Part shown: one piece after another, positions 36,507-46,482 of the stretch
Numbering within the stretch: position 1 is the stretch's first letter
How the letters are laid out: the number at the start of each line of letters is the position of its first letter
Assembly: GCA_043823085.1 (NCBI GenBank)
Contig: JBDRBE010000004.1
Coordinates: forward strand, 5,510 to 69,509
Direction: 5' to 3'
DNA from: Candidatus Levyibacteriota bacterium
Lineage (GTDB): Bacteria > Patescibacteriota > Microgenomatia > Levybacterales > UBA12049
DNA: 64,000 nt
The notes under the pieces: generated by a model
Told to the model about the DNA's origin: nothing
Database searches by the model: none
What the model saw: only the letters and a program-made list of their open reading frames with translations
Program-made: the position numbers and the translations under genes

Positions 36507-37994
36507 ATGAAAAATGTAAAATCTTTTTTAAAGAAGCATTGGTTTGCGATTTTGCTAGGTGCGATAATAGTTCTCGCTTTTGTACTTAGGTTTTATAGTT
36601 ACAATAATCGATGGGCTCTTTCTTCTGATCAGGCAAGAGATGCGTTAATTGGTCAGGAAATATTGCGTCAGCACAAAATTCCAATGCTTGGTCAATTTTC
36701 TCAAGCAGGGTCATTTGTAATGGGTCCGGTGTGGTTTTGGTTAGTAGCTCTTGCGACTTTGTTATATCCTCCGTCGTTATTAACACCATGGGTTGTTTTA
36801 ACCCTGTCCTATGTTTTTATCGTATATCTAATGTTTCTAATCGGTAAGGAATTGGGAGGAAAATGGCTTGGGTTAATTATTGGTCTTTTTACGGCGATTT
36901 CTCCAGGTCAAGTTTCTCAAAGTGTTAATCTTACTAATCCGTCAGGTATTGGAATTATTGCGCCTTTTGCAGTTTATTTTACAATTAGATATATTAAAAC
37001 AGGAAGAAATCTGTTTTTATTTTTGTTTTCTTTTTTTATCGCAATCGCGATAAATATTCACTTACAGGCAACTGGGCTATTGGTTCTTTTTCCAATAGCT
37101 TTCATTCTAAAACGTCCAAAATTTAAAAATTTATTTCTTTTCCTAGTTGGACTTATCTTGCCGTTTGTCCCTCTCATCTTTTTTGATCTTACGCATAATT
37201 TTTATGATTCTCGCAGTATGATTGATTATCTAATGTATGGACAATTCAATATTTATGTTCCAAACAGATGGTTAACTTACACTTTTGAATATTGGCCAAA
37301 AACTTGGGCAAGAATCATAGGGGGAGAGGTATTTCTTGGATATATAAGCATGGTGCTTTTATCTGTTATTAGCGTTTATTCACTTATTGCTAAAAAAATA
37401 AACAGACAAACCATAGCAATTATAGTTAGTTTTTTACTAATTTTTATTCAATTAAGATATTATCGCGGAATAAGATTTGATTCTTATATTATGTTTTTGA
37501 ACTCTTTAGTTTTAGTTTTAGCAGGATGGATGGTTTTTAGAATATTTAAAGCCAACCGTTTTATTGGTCTACTTTTAATTTTATTATTTGTGGTATTCAG
37601 CCTAAAAGCAGTTTTCTACGAGATTAAGACAACAACTAATTATAGATTTATTCAAGCAGAAGGCTGGACGAATTTATTAATTAAGACTTATCCTGATAAG
37701 AAATTTGCAATTTACGACTATGGCTATAGGTCTTCAAGTTTTAGTTTGCCTCTGGTTTTATATCTATATAAGGCAGATAAAATAAAAGATGATGGCTATA
37801 AAATAGGTTTTGGCGGTCCACCAGAAGCTTCCAAGTTGCTTCATCCAGAAATTAAAGGAAATAAATTCGGTTTTGAATTGCGTGATCTTAATAATAGTTC
37901 TTCAGTCGAGCTTCGAAAAGAAGGTTGGGCATTTGTTAATCCAAGCGAGGTTTATAAAGAGGTAGTGGAATGGTACTTTGGGAAAAAACTATGA
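36507..37994 (+). CDS. GT-C fold membrane protein, PMT_2/ArnT-like DQxRD variant (C2)
   Basis: 495 aa. LRFYSYNNRWALSSDQARDALIGQEI..IPMLGQFSQAGSFVMGPVWFW. Close paralog of 27574. Confidence 0.6.
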   Translation: MKNVKSFLKKHWFAILLGAIIVLAFVLRFYSYNNRWALSSDQARDALIGQEILRQHKIPMLGQFSQAGSFVMGPVWFWLVALATLLYPPSLLTPWVVLTLSYVFIVYLMFLIGKELGGKWLGLIIGLFTAISPGQVSQSVNLTNPSGIGIIAPFAVYFTIRYIKTGRNLFLFLFSFFIAIAINIHLQATGLLVLFPIAFILKRPKFKNLFLFLVGLILPFVPLIFFDLTHNFYDSRSMIDYLMYGQFNIYVPNRWLTYTFEYWPKTWARIIGGEVFLGYISMVLLSVISVYSLIAKKINRQTIAIIVSFLLIFIQLRYYRGIRFDSYIMFLNSLVLVLAGWMVFRIFKANRFIGLLLILLFVVFSLKAVFYEIKTTTNYRFIQAEGWTNLLIKTYPDKKFAIYDYGYRSSSFSLPLVLYLYKADKIKDDGYKIGFGGPPEASKLLHPEIKGNKFGFELRDLNNSSSVELRKEGWAFVNPSEVYKEVVEWYFGKKL

Positions 37995-39487
37995 AAAAAT
38001 TTTTGTTATTAACTCTTTTTATCTTACTTTTTTTTATTGCTTTATTTCCTAGGTCGGTTGAAGTCTTGAATCATAATCCGATTTTTGGATTTGATCAGGG
38101 AAGAGATTATTTGGCTGTTAGAAGTATTGTTGTTGACGGAAAATTTACTTTAATCGGTGCGGAAATCGGAGCAGGAAGTGCCGGAATAAACGGAATCTTC
38201 CAAGGACCTTTTCATTATTATTTTTTGGCAATACCGTTTATTATTTTTAGAGGCGATCCCTATGGCGGTCTTTTATTAATGTTTTTACTAAGTATTGCTA
38301 CAGTCTTTTTTAGCCTTTATTTTGGAAAAAAAATGTTTGGATTTTTTGGGGGTTTAATGATGGCGTTGCTTGTGGCAGTATCCCCGCCTCTAATTTCTCA
38401 AGCTCGATTTATTTGGAATTCTCATCAGTCATCTTTATTTGTTCTGCTTAGTTTTTATTTTACTTATTACATTAGAGAAAAAAAGTATAAAAACATTTTT
38501 TTAGCAGCTTTTTTTGCAGGTTTTATTTATAATTTTGAAATTGCGATTGCAATTCCGATGTGTGTGGCAATTTTTATCTATTCGGTTTTAATCTTTCGCT
38601 TTAAGCAGTTAAAGCAGTATTTTTTTATGATACTTGGATTTGTTTTGGCGTTTTTGCCAATGATCATGTTTGAAGCCCGGCATGGTTTCATAGGATTTAG
38701 AGGATTATTAAATTATATTCTTGCACCTAACAGAAACAGTTTCCCACTTGATATGGGAAAGCAATTAATGGATCATTTTAATTCGTTTAAATATAATTTT
38801 TTGGGTACATTTCCGGGTTCTCCGATTCCCTTATGGATGTTGGCTTTAATTATTATTCTCCCGGCTATTTACTTTCTAATAACCGAAAAGAACAAACTCT
38901 TAAAATCTTTTATTTTTTATTTATTCATTTTATTAGTTTCAAGTTTTTTTGTTTTCTCTTTTTTAAAAAATGCAGTTTGGCAGTTTTATCTAATAGAATT
39001 AAATTTTGCATACATAGTATTTTTTGTCTATGTTATTTACTCTTTATTTCAAAGAAAAGCTTATTATTTTTTACCGATCCCTTTGATTTTATCTGTCATT
39101 TTTTTATGGCAGGGAACAATCAGCGCCTATAAAATTTCAAAATACGACTATTCTGATTATGGAGGAACAGAAAAAATGAGCGGAAAGCTCGATGCGATTG
39201 ATTATATCTATAAGGATGCAGAAGGCAGATCATTTGGTGTATTTTTCTTTGCTCCGCCGATTTACACTTATCCCTACGATTATCTTTTAGTATGGTATGG
39301 AAAGGAAAAATATAGTTATTTGCCGTATCATGAAAAGAAAGGGACATTTTATCTTTTGATAGAGCCAGACAGTGCTCGTCTTTGGTATAAGGGTTGGCTT
39401 GAAACCGTTATTAAAACTGGCCAAATTATAGAAACAAAGACGTTACCAAGCGGTTTTATTATCCAAAAAAGATTTGGCGAAATCTAA
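37991..39487 (+). CDS. GT-C fold membrane protein, PMT_2-like DQxRD variant (C3)
   Basis: Start at MKKFLLL (ATGA overlap with the upstream stop). FGFDQGRDYLAVRSIVVDGKFTLIGAEIGAGSAG..GPFHYYF; polytopic. Confidence 0.55.
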   Translation: MKKFLLLTLFILLFFIALFPRSVEVLNHNPIFGFDQGRDYLAVRSIVVDGKFTLIGAEIGAGSAGINGIFQGPFHYYFLAIPFIIFRGDPYGGLLLMFLLSIATVFFSLYFGKKMFGFFGGLMMALLVAVSPPLISQARFIWNSHQSSLFVLLSFYFTYYIREKKYKNIFLAAFFAGFIYNFEIAIAIPMCVAIFIYSVLIFRFKQLKQYFFMILGFVLAFLPMIMFEARHGFIGFRGLLNYILAPNRNSFPLDMGKQLMDHFNSFKYNFLGTFPGSPIPLWMLALIIILPAIYFLITEKNKLLKSFIFYLFILLVSSFFVFSFLKNAVWQFYLIELNFAYIVFFVYVIYSLFQRKAYYFLPIPLILSVIFLWQGTISAYKISKYDYSDYGGTEKMSGKLDAIDYIYKDAEGRSFGVFFFAPPIYTYPYDYLLVWYGKEKYSYLPYHEKKGTFYLLIEPDSARLWYKGWLETVIKTGQIIETKTLPSGFIIQKRFGEI

Positions 39488-39488
39488 T

Positions 39489-41132
39489 ATGAAACGCTTA
39501 TTGTTTCTATTCATCTTTATTGTTTTTTCTCTTATTCCAATCATTGGTTTTTTTCATGGTGGTTTACCCCTTACTCATGATGGTCAAGATCATGTGGCAA
39601 GAATTGCCAATTTTTACGAGAATTTATCGCAAGGTGTTATTATTCCGCGTTGGGCGCCAAATCTTAATTGGGGTTATGGACATCCGATTCTAGAATTTTT
39701 ATATCCTTTACCTTCTTATATTGCTTCTTTTTTCCATTTCTTGGGTTTTTCCTTAATCGACTCAACAAAACTTGTTTTTGGATTGGGAATGGTTTTGTCC
39801 ACACTTTTTATGTTTCTTTGGCTGTCAACTTTTTTGGGAAAGCTATCCGCTTTTTTTGGTGCAATTTTATATAGCTATGCTCCGTATCGATTCGTTGAAC
39901 TTTATGTTAGGGGAGATATTGGAGAAAATTTAGCTTTTGCCTTTATTCCTCTGACACTCTTTTTCGTTTATAGATTTTACCAATCGCAAAACTATAAACA
40001 TATTTTTTTTGGTTCTCTTTCTCTTGCCCTGCTAATTCTTTCTCACAACGCGATAAGTTTAATGTTTATGCCATTTTTAATTTTTTATTGTTTTTATCTT
40101 GTTTGGCAATCGCCTTTGTGGAGGCTATTCGCCACGCGTTATTTGCTATTTGCTATTTTTGGTTTTGGTTTATCAGCATTTTTCTGGATTCCAGGGCTTT
40201 TTGAAGCGAAATATACGCTTCGCAATATCGTTACTGCCGGTGAATATTTAAATCGTTTCGCAAATCCTCGTGAACTTTTATATGGTTCATGGAGCTATGG
40301 GGGAAGCGGACAATTTTCTTTACAATTAGGAATTATTCAGTGGATCTCTTTAATTCTATCGCCGTTGGTGGTTTTTTATTTTTACAAAAGAAAAGAAAAA
40401 AAATACCTCTTTGTTTTAGGGCTAATTATTTATACTTTTTTTGCCATCTTTTTTATGCTTTCGCAATCGAACTTTATTTGGTTAAAAGCTATGCTTTTAC
40501 AAAATTTTCAATTTCCCTGGCGCTTTATCGCAATTACAGTTTTTTCAACTTCAGTTCTTGGGGCAATTTCAATTTCTGTTTTATCTAAAAAAATAAAGTT
40601 TATTTTAGTAGGAATTTTATTGGTTTTAATTCTTTTAATAAGCAAAGATTATTGGCAGGCAAATGGTTATTTTTACAAGCCGGACAGTTTTTTTACGGAT
40701 ATTTATAATGGTACAACAGATACCGGGGAGAGTGCACCTATTTGGTCGATTAGATTTATGGAAACTAGAGCAAAAGAGCCGTTGGAGGTTATTTCAGGTC
40801 TCGCAAAGATTAATCAAATAAAAAGAACGTCGGTTAATCATTTTTACAATGTTGAAGCTTTAGAAAAAACGAGGCTTTTGGAAAATACTTTATATTTTCC
40901 CGGTTGGGAAATTTTAGTTGACAAAAGAGCGGTTTCAATTCAGTTTCAGGACCCGAGCTTTAGAGGTTTAATGACCTTCCAAATAGATAAAGGCAAGCAT
41001 ACGGTGGAAGTTGTTTATAAGGAAACAAAGCTAAGGATGATTGCGGACATTATTTCATTTATCAGTTTAATAATTTTGTTATTTGGGCTTTACCTTGTAT
41101 CTGACAATAAATTGTTCGTAAAAAAGATATAA
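39489..41132 (+). CDS. YfhO-related large membrane protein, family B (B3)
   Basis: Start at MKRLLF just after the upstream stop. THDGQDHVARIANFYENL..IPRWAPNLNWGYGHPILEFLYP; C-terminal YFPGWEILVDKR..QIDKGKHTVEVVY plus a terminal TM. Confidence 0.6.
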   Translation: MKRLLFLFIFIVFSLIPIIGFFHGGLPLTHDGQDHVARIANFYENLSQGVIIPRWAPNLNWGYGHPILEFLYPLPSYIASFFHFLGFSLIDSTKLVFGLGMVLSTLFMFLWLSTFLGKLSAFFGAILYSYAPYRFVELYVRGDIGENLAFAFIPLTLFFVYRFYQSQNYKHIFFGSLSLALLILSHNAISLMFMPFLIFYCFYLVWQSPLWRLFATRYLLFAIFGFGLSAFFWIPGLFEAKYTLRNIVTAGEYLNRFANPRELLYGSWSYGGSGQFSLQLGIIQWISLILSPLVVFYFYKRKEKKYLFVLGLIIYTFFAIFFMLSQSNFIWLKAMLLQNFQFPWRFIAITVFSTSVLGAISISVLSKKIKFILVGILLVLILLISKDYWQANGYFYKPDSFFTDIYNGTTDTGESAPIWSIRFMETRAKEPLEVISGLAKINQIKRTSVNHFYNVEALEKTRLLENTLYFPGWEILVDKRAVSIQFQDPSFRGLMTFQIDKGKHTVEVVYKETKLRMIADIISFISLIILLFGLYLVSDNKLFVKKI

Positions 41133-41142
41133 TAAAGGTATT

Positions 41143-41910
41143 ATGCCAAAGATTTCAGTCGTCTTAGCTGTTCTTAACGAGGAAAAAAATCTTAGCACTT
41201 GTCTTGATTCGGTTAAAGATTTTGCCGATGAAATAGTCATTGTTGATGGCAGTTCTACCGATAAAACCGTTGAGATTGCAAAAAAGTACGGTGCAAGAAT
41301 TGAAATAACTGCCAATCTGCAAAACTTCCATATCAATAAACAAAAGGCAATAGATATGGCAAATGGAGAATGGGTTTTGCAACTTGACGCGGACGAAAGA
41401 GTCACACCGTCGCTTTGCGACGAAATCAAAAATCAAATATCAAAAATCAAAGACAATGAGGTGAATGGGTACTGGATTCCGAGAAAAAATTGGTTCTTGG
41501 GAAGATTTTTGATGAAGGGCGGCCAATATCCGGATTATCAATTAAGATTTTATAAAAAAGGAAAAGGCAGACTGCCGCAAAAGGATGTTCATGAACAGAC
41601 AATTGTTCAAGGGCAGGTTGGATATTTAAAGAATCCGCTTGTTCATTTTGCCGACCCAAACTTTTCCCGTTATCTTTTACGTTTCAACCGATACACGGAT
41701 TTTATGGCAAATGAATTAAAAAATAAAAAAATTGGATTAAATCCTCTGATTCCTATCCGATATCTTTTAATTTCACCAGTTTGGTGGTTTCTTTTAACTT
41801 ACATTAGACATAAAGGGTTTGTAGATAGTTGGCAGGGATTTGTTTTTTCTTTTTTTTCCGCTTTGAGATTTCCTGTTTCTTATGTAAAATATATTAAGCT
41901 ACTCTTTTAA
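41143..41910 (+). CDS. Family-2 glycosyltransferase, WaaE/KdtX-like
   Basis: Motifs ISVVLAVLNEE..IVIVDGSSTDKT..QLDADERVTPSL..NGYWIPRKN..YPDYQLRFYKKG. Confidence 0.75.
   Translation: MPKISVVLAVLNEEKNLSTCLDSVKDFADEIVIVDGSSTDKTVEIAKKYGARIEITANLQNFHINKQKAIDMANGEWVLQLDADERVTPSLCDEIKNQISKIKDNEVNGYWIPRKNWFLGRFLMKGGQYPDYQLRFYKKGKGRLPQKDVHEQTIVQGQVGYLKNPLVHFADPNFSRYLLRFNRYTDFMANELKNKKIGLNPLIPIRYLLISPVWWFLLTYIRHKGFVDSWQGFVFSFFSALRFPVSYVKYIKLLF
41424..41451. repeat. Heptanucleotide tandem repeat (aatcaaa)x4 with one variant unit, inside a GT2 CDS
   Basis: aatcaaa aatcaaa tatcaaa aatcaaa. Same unit as 25986-26013. Encodes EIKNQISKIKDN before NGYWIP. Confidence 0.7.
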
Positions 41911-41920
41911 AGATTTAAAT

Positions 41921-42931
41921 ATGAAAATTTTAGTTACTGGCGGAGGAGGCTATATTGGAAGTTTTATGACCAAAAGACTTCTAGATGATGGTTTTGAAGT
42001 TGTTGTGGCCGACAGCTTCGAAAGAGGATATAAGGAAGTTGTAGATAAAAGAGCAAAATTATTAATTGGAAATTTACTTGACAAAGAATTCGTTAAAAAT
42101 ATTTTTTTGTCAGATGATATTGAAGCTGTTATTAATTTTGCAGGATACATCTCAATGGCCGAGTCGGTTGAAAATCCTGGAATTTACTTTGAAAATAACG
42201 TTTTTGGAGCATTAAATCTTTTAGAGGAAATGAGAAAAAGAGAAATAAAGAAATTTATATTTTCTTCAACAGCAGGCGTTTATGGAAATCCTAAAAGTTT
42301 GCCAATTCCTGAAGATCATCCCAAAAATCCTACAAATCCATATGGAGAAAGTAAATTAATGGTTGAAAAAATTCTTTTATGGTATAAGCCCTTTATAAAT
42401 TTTGTCAGTCTTCGATACTTTAACGCGGCAGGTGCATCTTTTGATGCAACTTTAGGAGAAAATCACAAACCGGAAACCCACATTATTCCAAATGCAATAA
42501 ACGCAGCACTTACTAATTCCGAATTTACTCTTTATGGCGATGATTACAATACTCCCGATGGTACCTGCATAAGAGATTATATTCATGTAGTAGATTTGGT
42601 TGATTCTCATGCGTTGGCTTTAAAAAAGCTGCAAACAGAAAATGGCGGCCAGGCTTTTGGCGGGCAGGGTTTTTTCTATAATGTCGGAACAGGAAAAGGT
42701 TATTCAAATAAAGAGGTGTTTGAAATGGTAAAGAAAATTTCAGGAATTGATTTTAAAGTTAATATTTCAGGAAGGAGATCGGGCGATGCGGAAAAATTAA
42801 TAGCCGACCCGACAAAAATTAAAAATGAACTCATGTTTATTCCGAAATATTCAGACCTTGAAACTTTGGTTAAAACCGCATGGCAATGGCACTCCAAAAT
42901 ATCAAATACCAAATACCAAATATCAAAATGA
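41921..42931 (+). CDS. galE: UDP-glucose 4-epimerase (GalE-type extended SDR)
   Basis: Motifs MKILVTGGGGYIGS, YGESKLMVEKIL (YxxxK), LRYFN, GDDYNTPDGTCIRDYIHVVDL match E. coli GalE closely. Confidence 0.8.
   Translation: MKILVTGGGGYIGSFMTKRLLDDGFEVVVADSFERGYKEVVDKRAKLLIGNLLDKEFVKNIFLSDDIEAVINFAGYISMAESVENPGIYFENNVFGALNLLEEMRKREIKKFIFSSTAGVYGNPKSLPIPEDHPKNPTNPYGESKLMVEKILLWYKPFINFVSLRYFNAAGASFDATLGENHKPETHIIPNAINAALTNSEFTLYGDDYNTPDGTCIRDYIHVVDLVDSHALALKKLQTENGGQAFGGQGFFYNVGTGKGYSNKEVFEMVKKISGIDFKVNISGRRSGDAEKLIADPTKIKNELMFIPKYSDLETLVKTAWQWHSKISNTKYQISK
42898..42925. repeat. Heptanucleotide tandem repeat (aataYca)x4 at the galE 3' end / start of the next gene
   Basis: aatatca aatacca aatacca aatatca read directly. 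Encodes the galE C-terminal tail ISNTKYQISK. Confidence 0.7.
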
Positions 42932-43461
42932 AGAACAGGCTTCTCTGGGTATTCCTTTTTTTTACTATCACGCTTATGCTCTTTTTATCTTCTCAAGCTC
43001 ATGCTGGGTCTTCTTATGTTCTTCCTTATCCTTCGTCTATGCCTGGAAGTATTTTTTATAAAGTTAATTTAATAAAAGATAAAATATTAGAATATTGGTA
43101 TTTTGGAAATTTTGGTCAGTTTGAATATAATCAAAAGCTCTCGGATAAATATTTAGTTGAGGCAAAAACGCTTTTTGAGTACAGTCAATATCTTTTGGCA
43201 TGTTCTGCCCTTAAAAAATCTAATGAATATTTTGAAAATATTTATCCGAATCTTATTCAAGCCAAAAAAGAAAATAAAAATATATCCAGAAAGCAGCAAT
43301 TATTTAAAGAAGAAGCCCTAAAACATATTGAGGAATTAATTAAGTTAGAAAAAGAAGTTCCAAACAGCTTTTATTGGCAGCCTGAAAAAACCTCACCAAC
43401 AATCCTTAATTTAAAACAATTGATACAAGAATCTATAAACATTAGAAAAACATATTTATGA
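42928..43461 (+). CDS. Hypothetical secreted protein (signal peptide, alpha-helical)
   Basis: Start at MKNRLLWVFLFFTITLMLFLSSQAHA (signal peptide, AHA-G cleavage site), ATGA overlap with the galE stop. No family recognised. Confidence 0.5.
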   Translation: MKNRLLWVFLFFTITLMLFLSSQAHAGSSYVLPYPSSMPGSIFYKVNLIKDKILEYWYFGNFGQFEYNQKLSDKYLVEAKTLFEYSQYLLACSALKKSNEYFENIYPNLIQAKKENKNISRKQQLFKEEALKHIEELIKLEKEVPNSFYWQPEKTSPTILNLKQLIQESINIRKTYL

Positions 43462-44603
43462 GAAAAATAATTTTAGCATTGTATTCATTGCTTCTTTTTT
43501 TTACTGCAGTTTTTTCTTATGCGTTTATTGACTCAAACTTAATTTACTTAAAAGGTCTATTTACGGATTTTGCTTTTGTACATAGGCAAATAACAACCGT
43601 AATTTACATCTCGGTTATATTTTTATTTTTTATTTTTTATTTTTTATTTTTGTCACTTGTTAGAGAAGGGAAGCTGAATCAAAAACAGTTTAAATTTATC
43701 ATTATTATTACTTCGGGAATTCTTTTGTTCTCTTATCCGGCTATGCTTTCGTATGACATTTTCAATTATATTGCAACGGCAAAAGTTACATTTTTTCATC
43801 ATGAAAATCCATACTTAATTATGCCGATTGAATTTATCGGAGATCCTCTTTTGCTGTTTACGCATGCGGCAAACAAAATAGCATTGTATGGGCCGATTTG
43901 GATTATTTTGTCGGCAATTCCTTATTTATTGAGCTTTGGTAAATTTGTTCTTATCTTACTGAACTTTAAATTATTTATTTTAGGTTTTTATTTGGCAACA
44001 ATTGCTTTGATTTGGAAAATATCAAGAAATTTATTATCAGTTGCATTATTTGCGTTAAATCCGTTAATAATAATTGAAACATTAGTGAGCGGGCATAACG
44101 ATATTGCCATGATGTTTCTTGCACTACTTGCTTTTTATTTTTTGATAAAAAAGAAATTATTCAGCTCTTTTATTTTCTTGGTATTGTCAATATTTATCAA
44201 ATACTCAACATTATTTTTAGTTCCAGTTTTTGCCTATACGCTTTTTAAAGCATGGAGAAAAGAAGCTTTAAATTGGAATAAAATATTTTATTTATCCTCT
44301 CTTTCTATGTTTACTATTTTTCTTTTATCTCCAATACGTGAAGAGATTTATTCTTGGTATGCAATTTGGTTTTTAACTTTTATCGCATTAATGCCCCAAA
44401 AGAAAATTATATTCTATTTTTCTTTTTCATTATCTTTTGGCTTACTTCTAAGGTATATTCCCTATATGCTTATGGGAACTTATTTTGATCCGACTCCAAT
44501 TTTAAAGACAATACTGACTTTCGCTCCCTCTTTTTTTCTCCTAATATATCTTTTTTTAACTCAAAGAAAAAGTCTTTTTAGAGACCTCTTCGTAATAAAT
44601 TAA
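43458..44603 (+). CDS. Polytopic membrane protein, candidate GT-C (paralog of 4025-5197)
   Basis: 381 aa. NPLIIIETLVSGHNDIAMMFLALLAFYFLIKK block shared with the 4025 gene. Confidence 0.6.
   Translation: MRKIILALYSLLLFFTAVFSYAFIDSNLIYLKGLFTDFAFVHRQITTVIYISVIFLFFIFYFLFLSLVREGKLNQKQFKFIIIITSGILLFSYPAMLSYDIFNYIATAKVTFFHHENPYLIMPIEFIGDPLLLFTHAANKIALYGPIWIILSAIPYLLSFGKFVLILLNFKLFILGFYLATIALIWKISRNLLSVALFALNPLIIIETLVSGHNDIAMMFLALLAFYFLIKKKLFSSFIFLVLSIFIKYSTLFLVPVFAYTLFKAWRKEALNWNKIFYLSSLSMFTIFLLSPIREEIYSWYAIWFLTFIALMPQKKIIFYFSFSLSFGLLLRYIPYMLMGTYFDPTPILKTILTFAPSFFLLIYLFLTQRKSLFRDLFVIN
43625..43652. repeat. T-rich heptamer repeat (atttttt)x3 + atttttg inside a CDS
   Basis: A residues spaced exactly 7 nt apart (43625, 43632, 43639, 43646). 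Low complexity; encodes IFLFFIFYFLFL. Confidence 0.5.
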
Positions 44604-44607
44604 CAAT

Positions 44608-46482
44608 ATGTATTGGATATTATTTCTTCTAGCCGTTTTTTTAAACGGATATATTCTGAATAGTTTTTTTCTGCCAAAAAACAAAGGAATATTAGAATTC
44701 GTTAATGCGTTTATTTTAGGTTCATTTTTTTCCGTAAATTATATTTATTTTTTAAATATTTTGCTATTAAATTTATCGCTGGCAACAATTGTTTATCTTT
44801 TAACATCATTATTTTTAATTTTTATATTTAAAAAGAATCTATTAAAAAACTTTTTATCAATTTTTACCTCTTTAAATAAGAGGGAGGGAATATTTTTTTC
44901 AATAATTTTTATCGGTGCTTCATATCTTTTTTTTAAAACGTTCAATTATGATTCAAAAACAGGAGAATTTTTAATTGCATCAAATATTTATTTAGATTTT
45001 GGTTCACACGTTCCTTTTATTCGATCCTTTTCTTTGGGAAATAACTTTCCGGCGGAAGTTCCTTTTTTCGCCAATAATGGACTGATTTATCATTTTATGT
45101 TTGATTTATACGCCGGTATTTTGGAGTATTTAGGGCTTAGAATAGATATCGCATTTAATCTGGTCAGCATATTAGCCTTTGCAGGCCTATTTATTTATAT
45201 CTATAAATTAAGTCAAAAGATTTTTGATAGTGGAGTTTTGATCCCGATTGTTACGGTTATGCTTTGTCTTTTTAATAGCAGTCTTTCTTTTCTCTTATTT
45301 TTTAAAAAAAATGGGTTTAGTCCTTCAGCAATATCGTCTTTTTGGCATAATACGTTTTATTTAGATGATTTATACAAACCTTTTACAGGTGATTTTGCAG
45401 TTGCCGGATTTTGGAGTCTTAACACATTGTTCAACCAAAGACATTTAATTTTTGGGCTTTTAGTTGCGTTTCTCTGTATTTATATATTGTTAAACATCAT
45501 TGACTTGGGAAATAAACCAAAAATTAGAACGCTAGTTTTTTTAGGGGCGATAATCGGTCTCATGCCTTTTTGGCATTCAATGATGTTCATGGCGATTATT
45601 TTTGTTTTGGCAGGGTTTATCATTTTAAGCAAGTCATTGCGCAAGCAATTTTTAATCTTGTTATTAATAGCATTGATATTCGCTTTGCCGGAATTTTTTG
45701 CGATTAAGTTGCATTCTGAAAATACAATTATTTTTAAACCTGGATTTTTAGCTAATGAAAACTTTTCAATTATAAATTTCATTAAGTTTTGGTTCTATAA
45801 TTTGGGATTTAGTATTTTAACATTGCCGATTGGGTTCTTTTTGGCTAATAATAAACAAAGAAAGATTTTTCTTGTGTTTATGCTGCTTTTTATAATTCCA
45901 AATTTATTCCAATTTAGCAATCGATTTGTCTTTGATGATCATAAATTCTTTAATTTATGGATTCTTTTAATGAATGGATTTTCGGCGTTTGCTCTTATTG
46001 CAATCTATAAAAAAAATATTTTTGGTAAAACATTTTCTGTTTCTGTTTTTATTCTTTTGACGCTTTCAGGTATTATTAGCATCATGGTTGCAAAAAATGA
46101 CGTTTATGCTCGTATAATCGATTATCCAAAAAATTCTTTTCTTTCGTGGTCAATAAAAAATATTCCAAAAAATGCAATTGTTGCAACTAGCGGAGAAATT
46201 TATGATCCGATGTCTATAATTGGAAAGAAAACAATAATGGGCAGAGCTCACTATGTTTTTGTTTATGGGGGTAATCCAAGCCAAAGGCTTATGGAACAAG
46301 ATGAGATCCTTGCTGGCAATATTGCAAAAACAAAAGAGGTAATAAAAAGAGATAATATTAATTATATTGTTTTATATAAAAATGGTTTTGCAAAAAATAA
46401 TAAAGAATATGATTTAAAGTTGATTGAAAAGGAGTTTAAAAAAATTTATGATGACAAGTATGGCACGATTTTTAAAATTTAA
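44608..46482 (+). CDS. Large polytopic membrane protein, candidate GT-C (paralog of 17145-19094)
   Basis: 624 aa, more than 12 TM segments. Shared block HVPFIRSFSLGNNFPAEVPFFANNGLIYHFMFD. Confidence 0.55.
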   Translation: MYWILFLLAVFLNGYILNSFFLPKNKGILEFVNAFILGSFFSVNYIYFLNILLLNLSLATIVYLLTSLFLIFIFKKNLLKNFLSIFTSLNKREGIFFSIIFIGASYLFFKTFNYDSKTGEFLIASNIYLDFGSHVPFIRSFSLGNNFPAEVPFFANNGLIYHFMFDLYAGILEYLGLRIDIAFNLVSILAFAGLFIYIYKLSQKIFDSGVLIPIVTVMLCLFNSSLSFLLFFKKNGFSPSAISSFWHNTFYLDDLYKPFTGDFAVAGFWSLNTLFNQRHLIFGLLVAFLCIYILLNIIDLGNKPKIRTLVFLGAIIGLMPFWHSMMFMAIIFVLAGFIILSKSLRKQFLILLLIALIFALPEFFAIKLHSENTIIFKPGFLANENFSIINFIKFWFYNLGFSILTLPIGFFLANNKQRKIFLVFMLLFIIPNLFQFSNRFVFDDHKFFNLWILLMNGFSAFALIAIYKKNIFGKTFSVSVFILLTLSGIISIMVAKNDVYARIIDYPKNSFLSWSIKNIPKNAIVATSGEIYDPMSIIGKKTIMGRAHYVFVYGGNPSQRLMEQDEILAGNIAKTKEVIKRDNINYIVLYKNGFAKNNKEYDLKLIEKEFKKIYDDKYGTIFKI

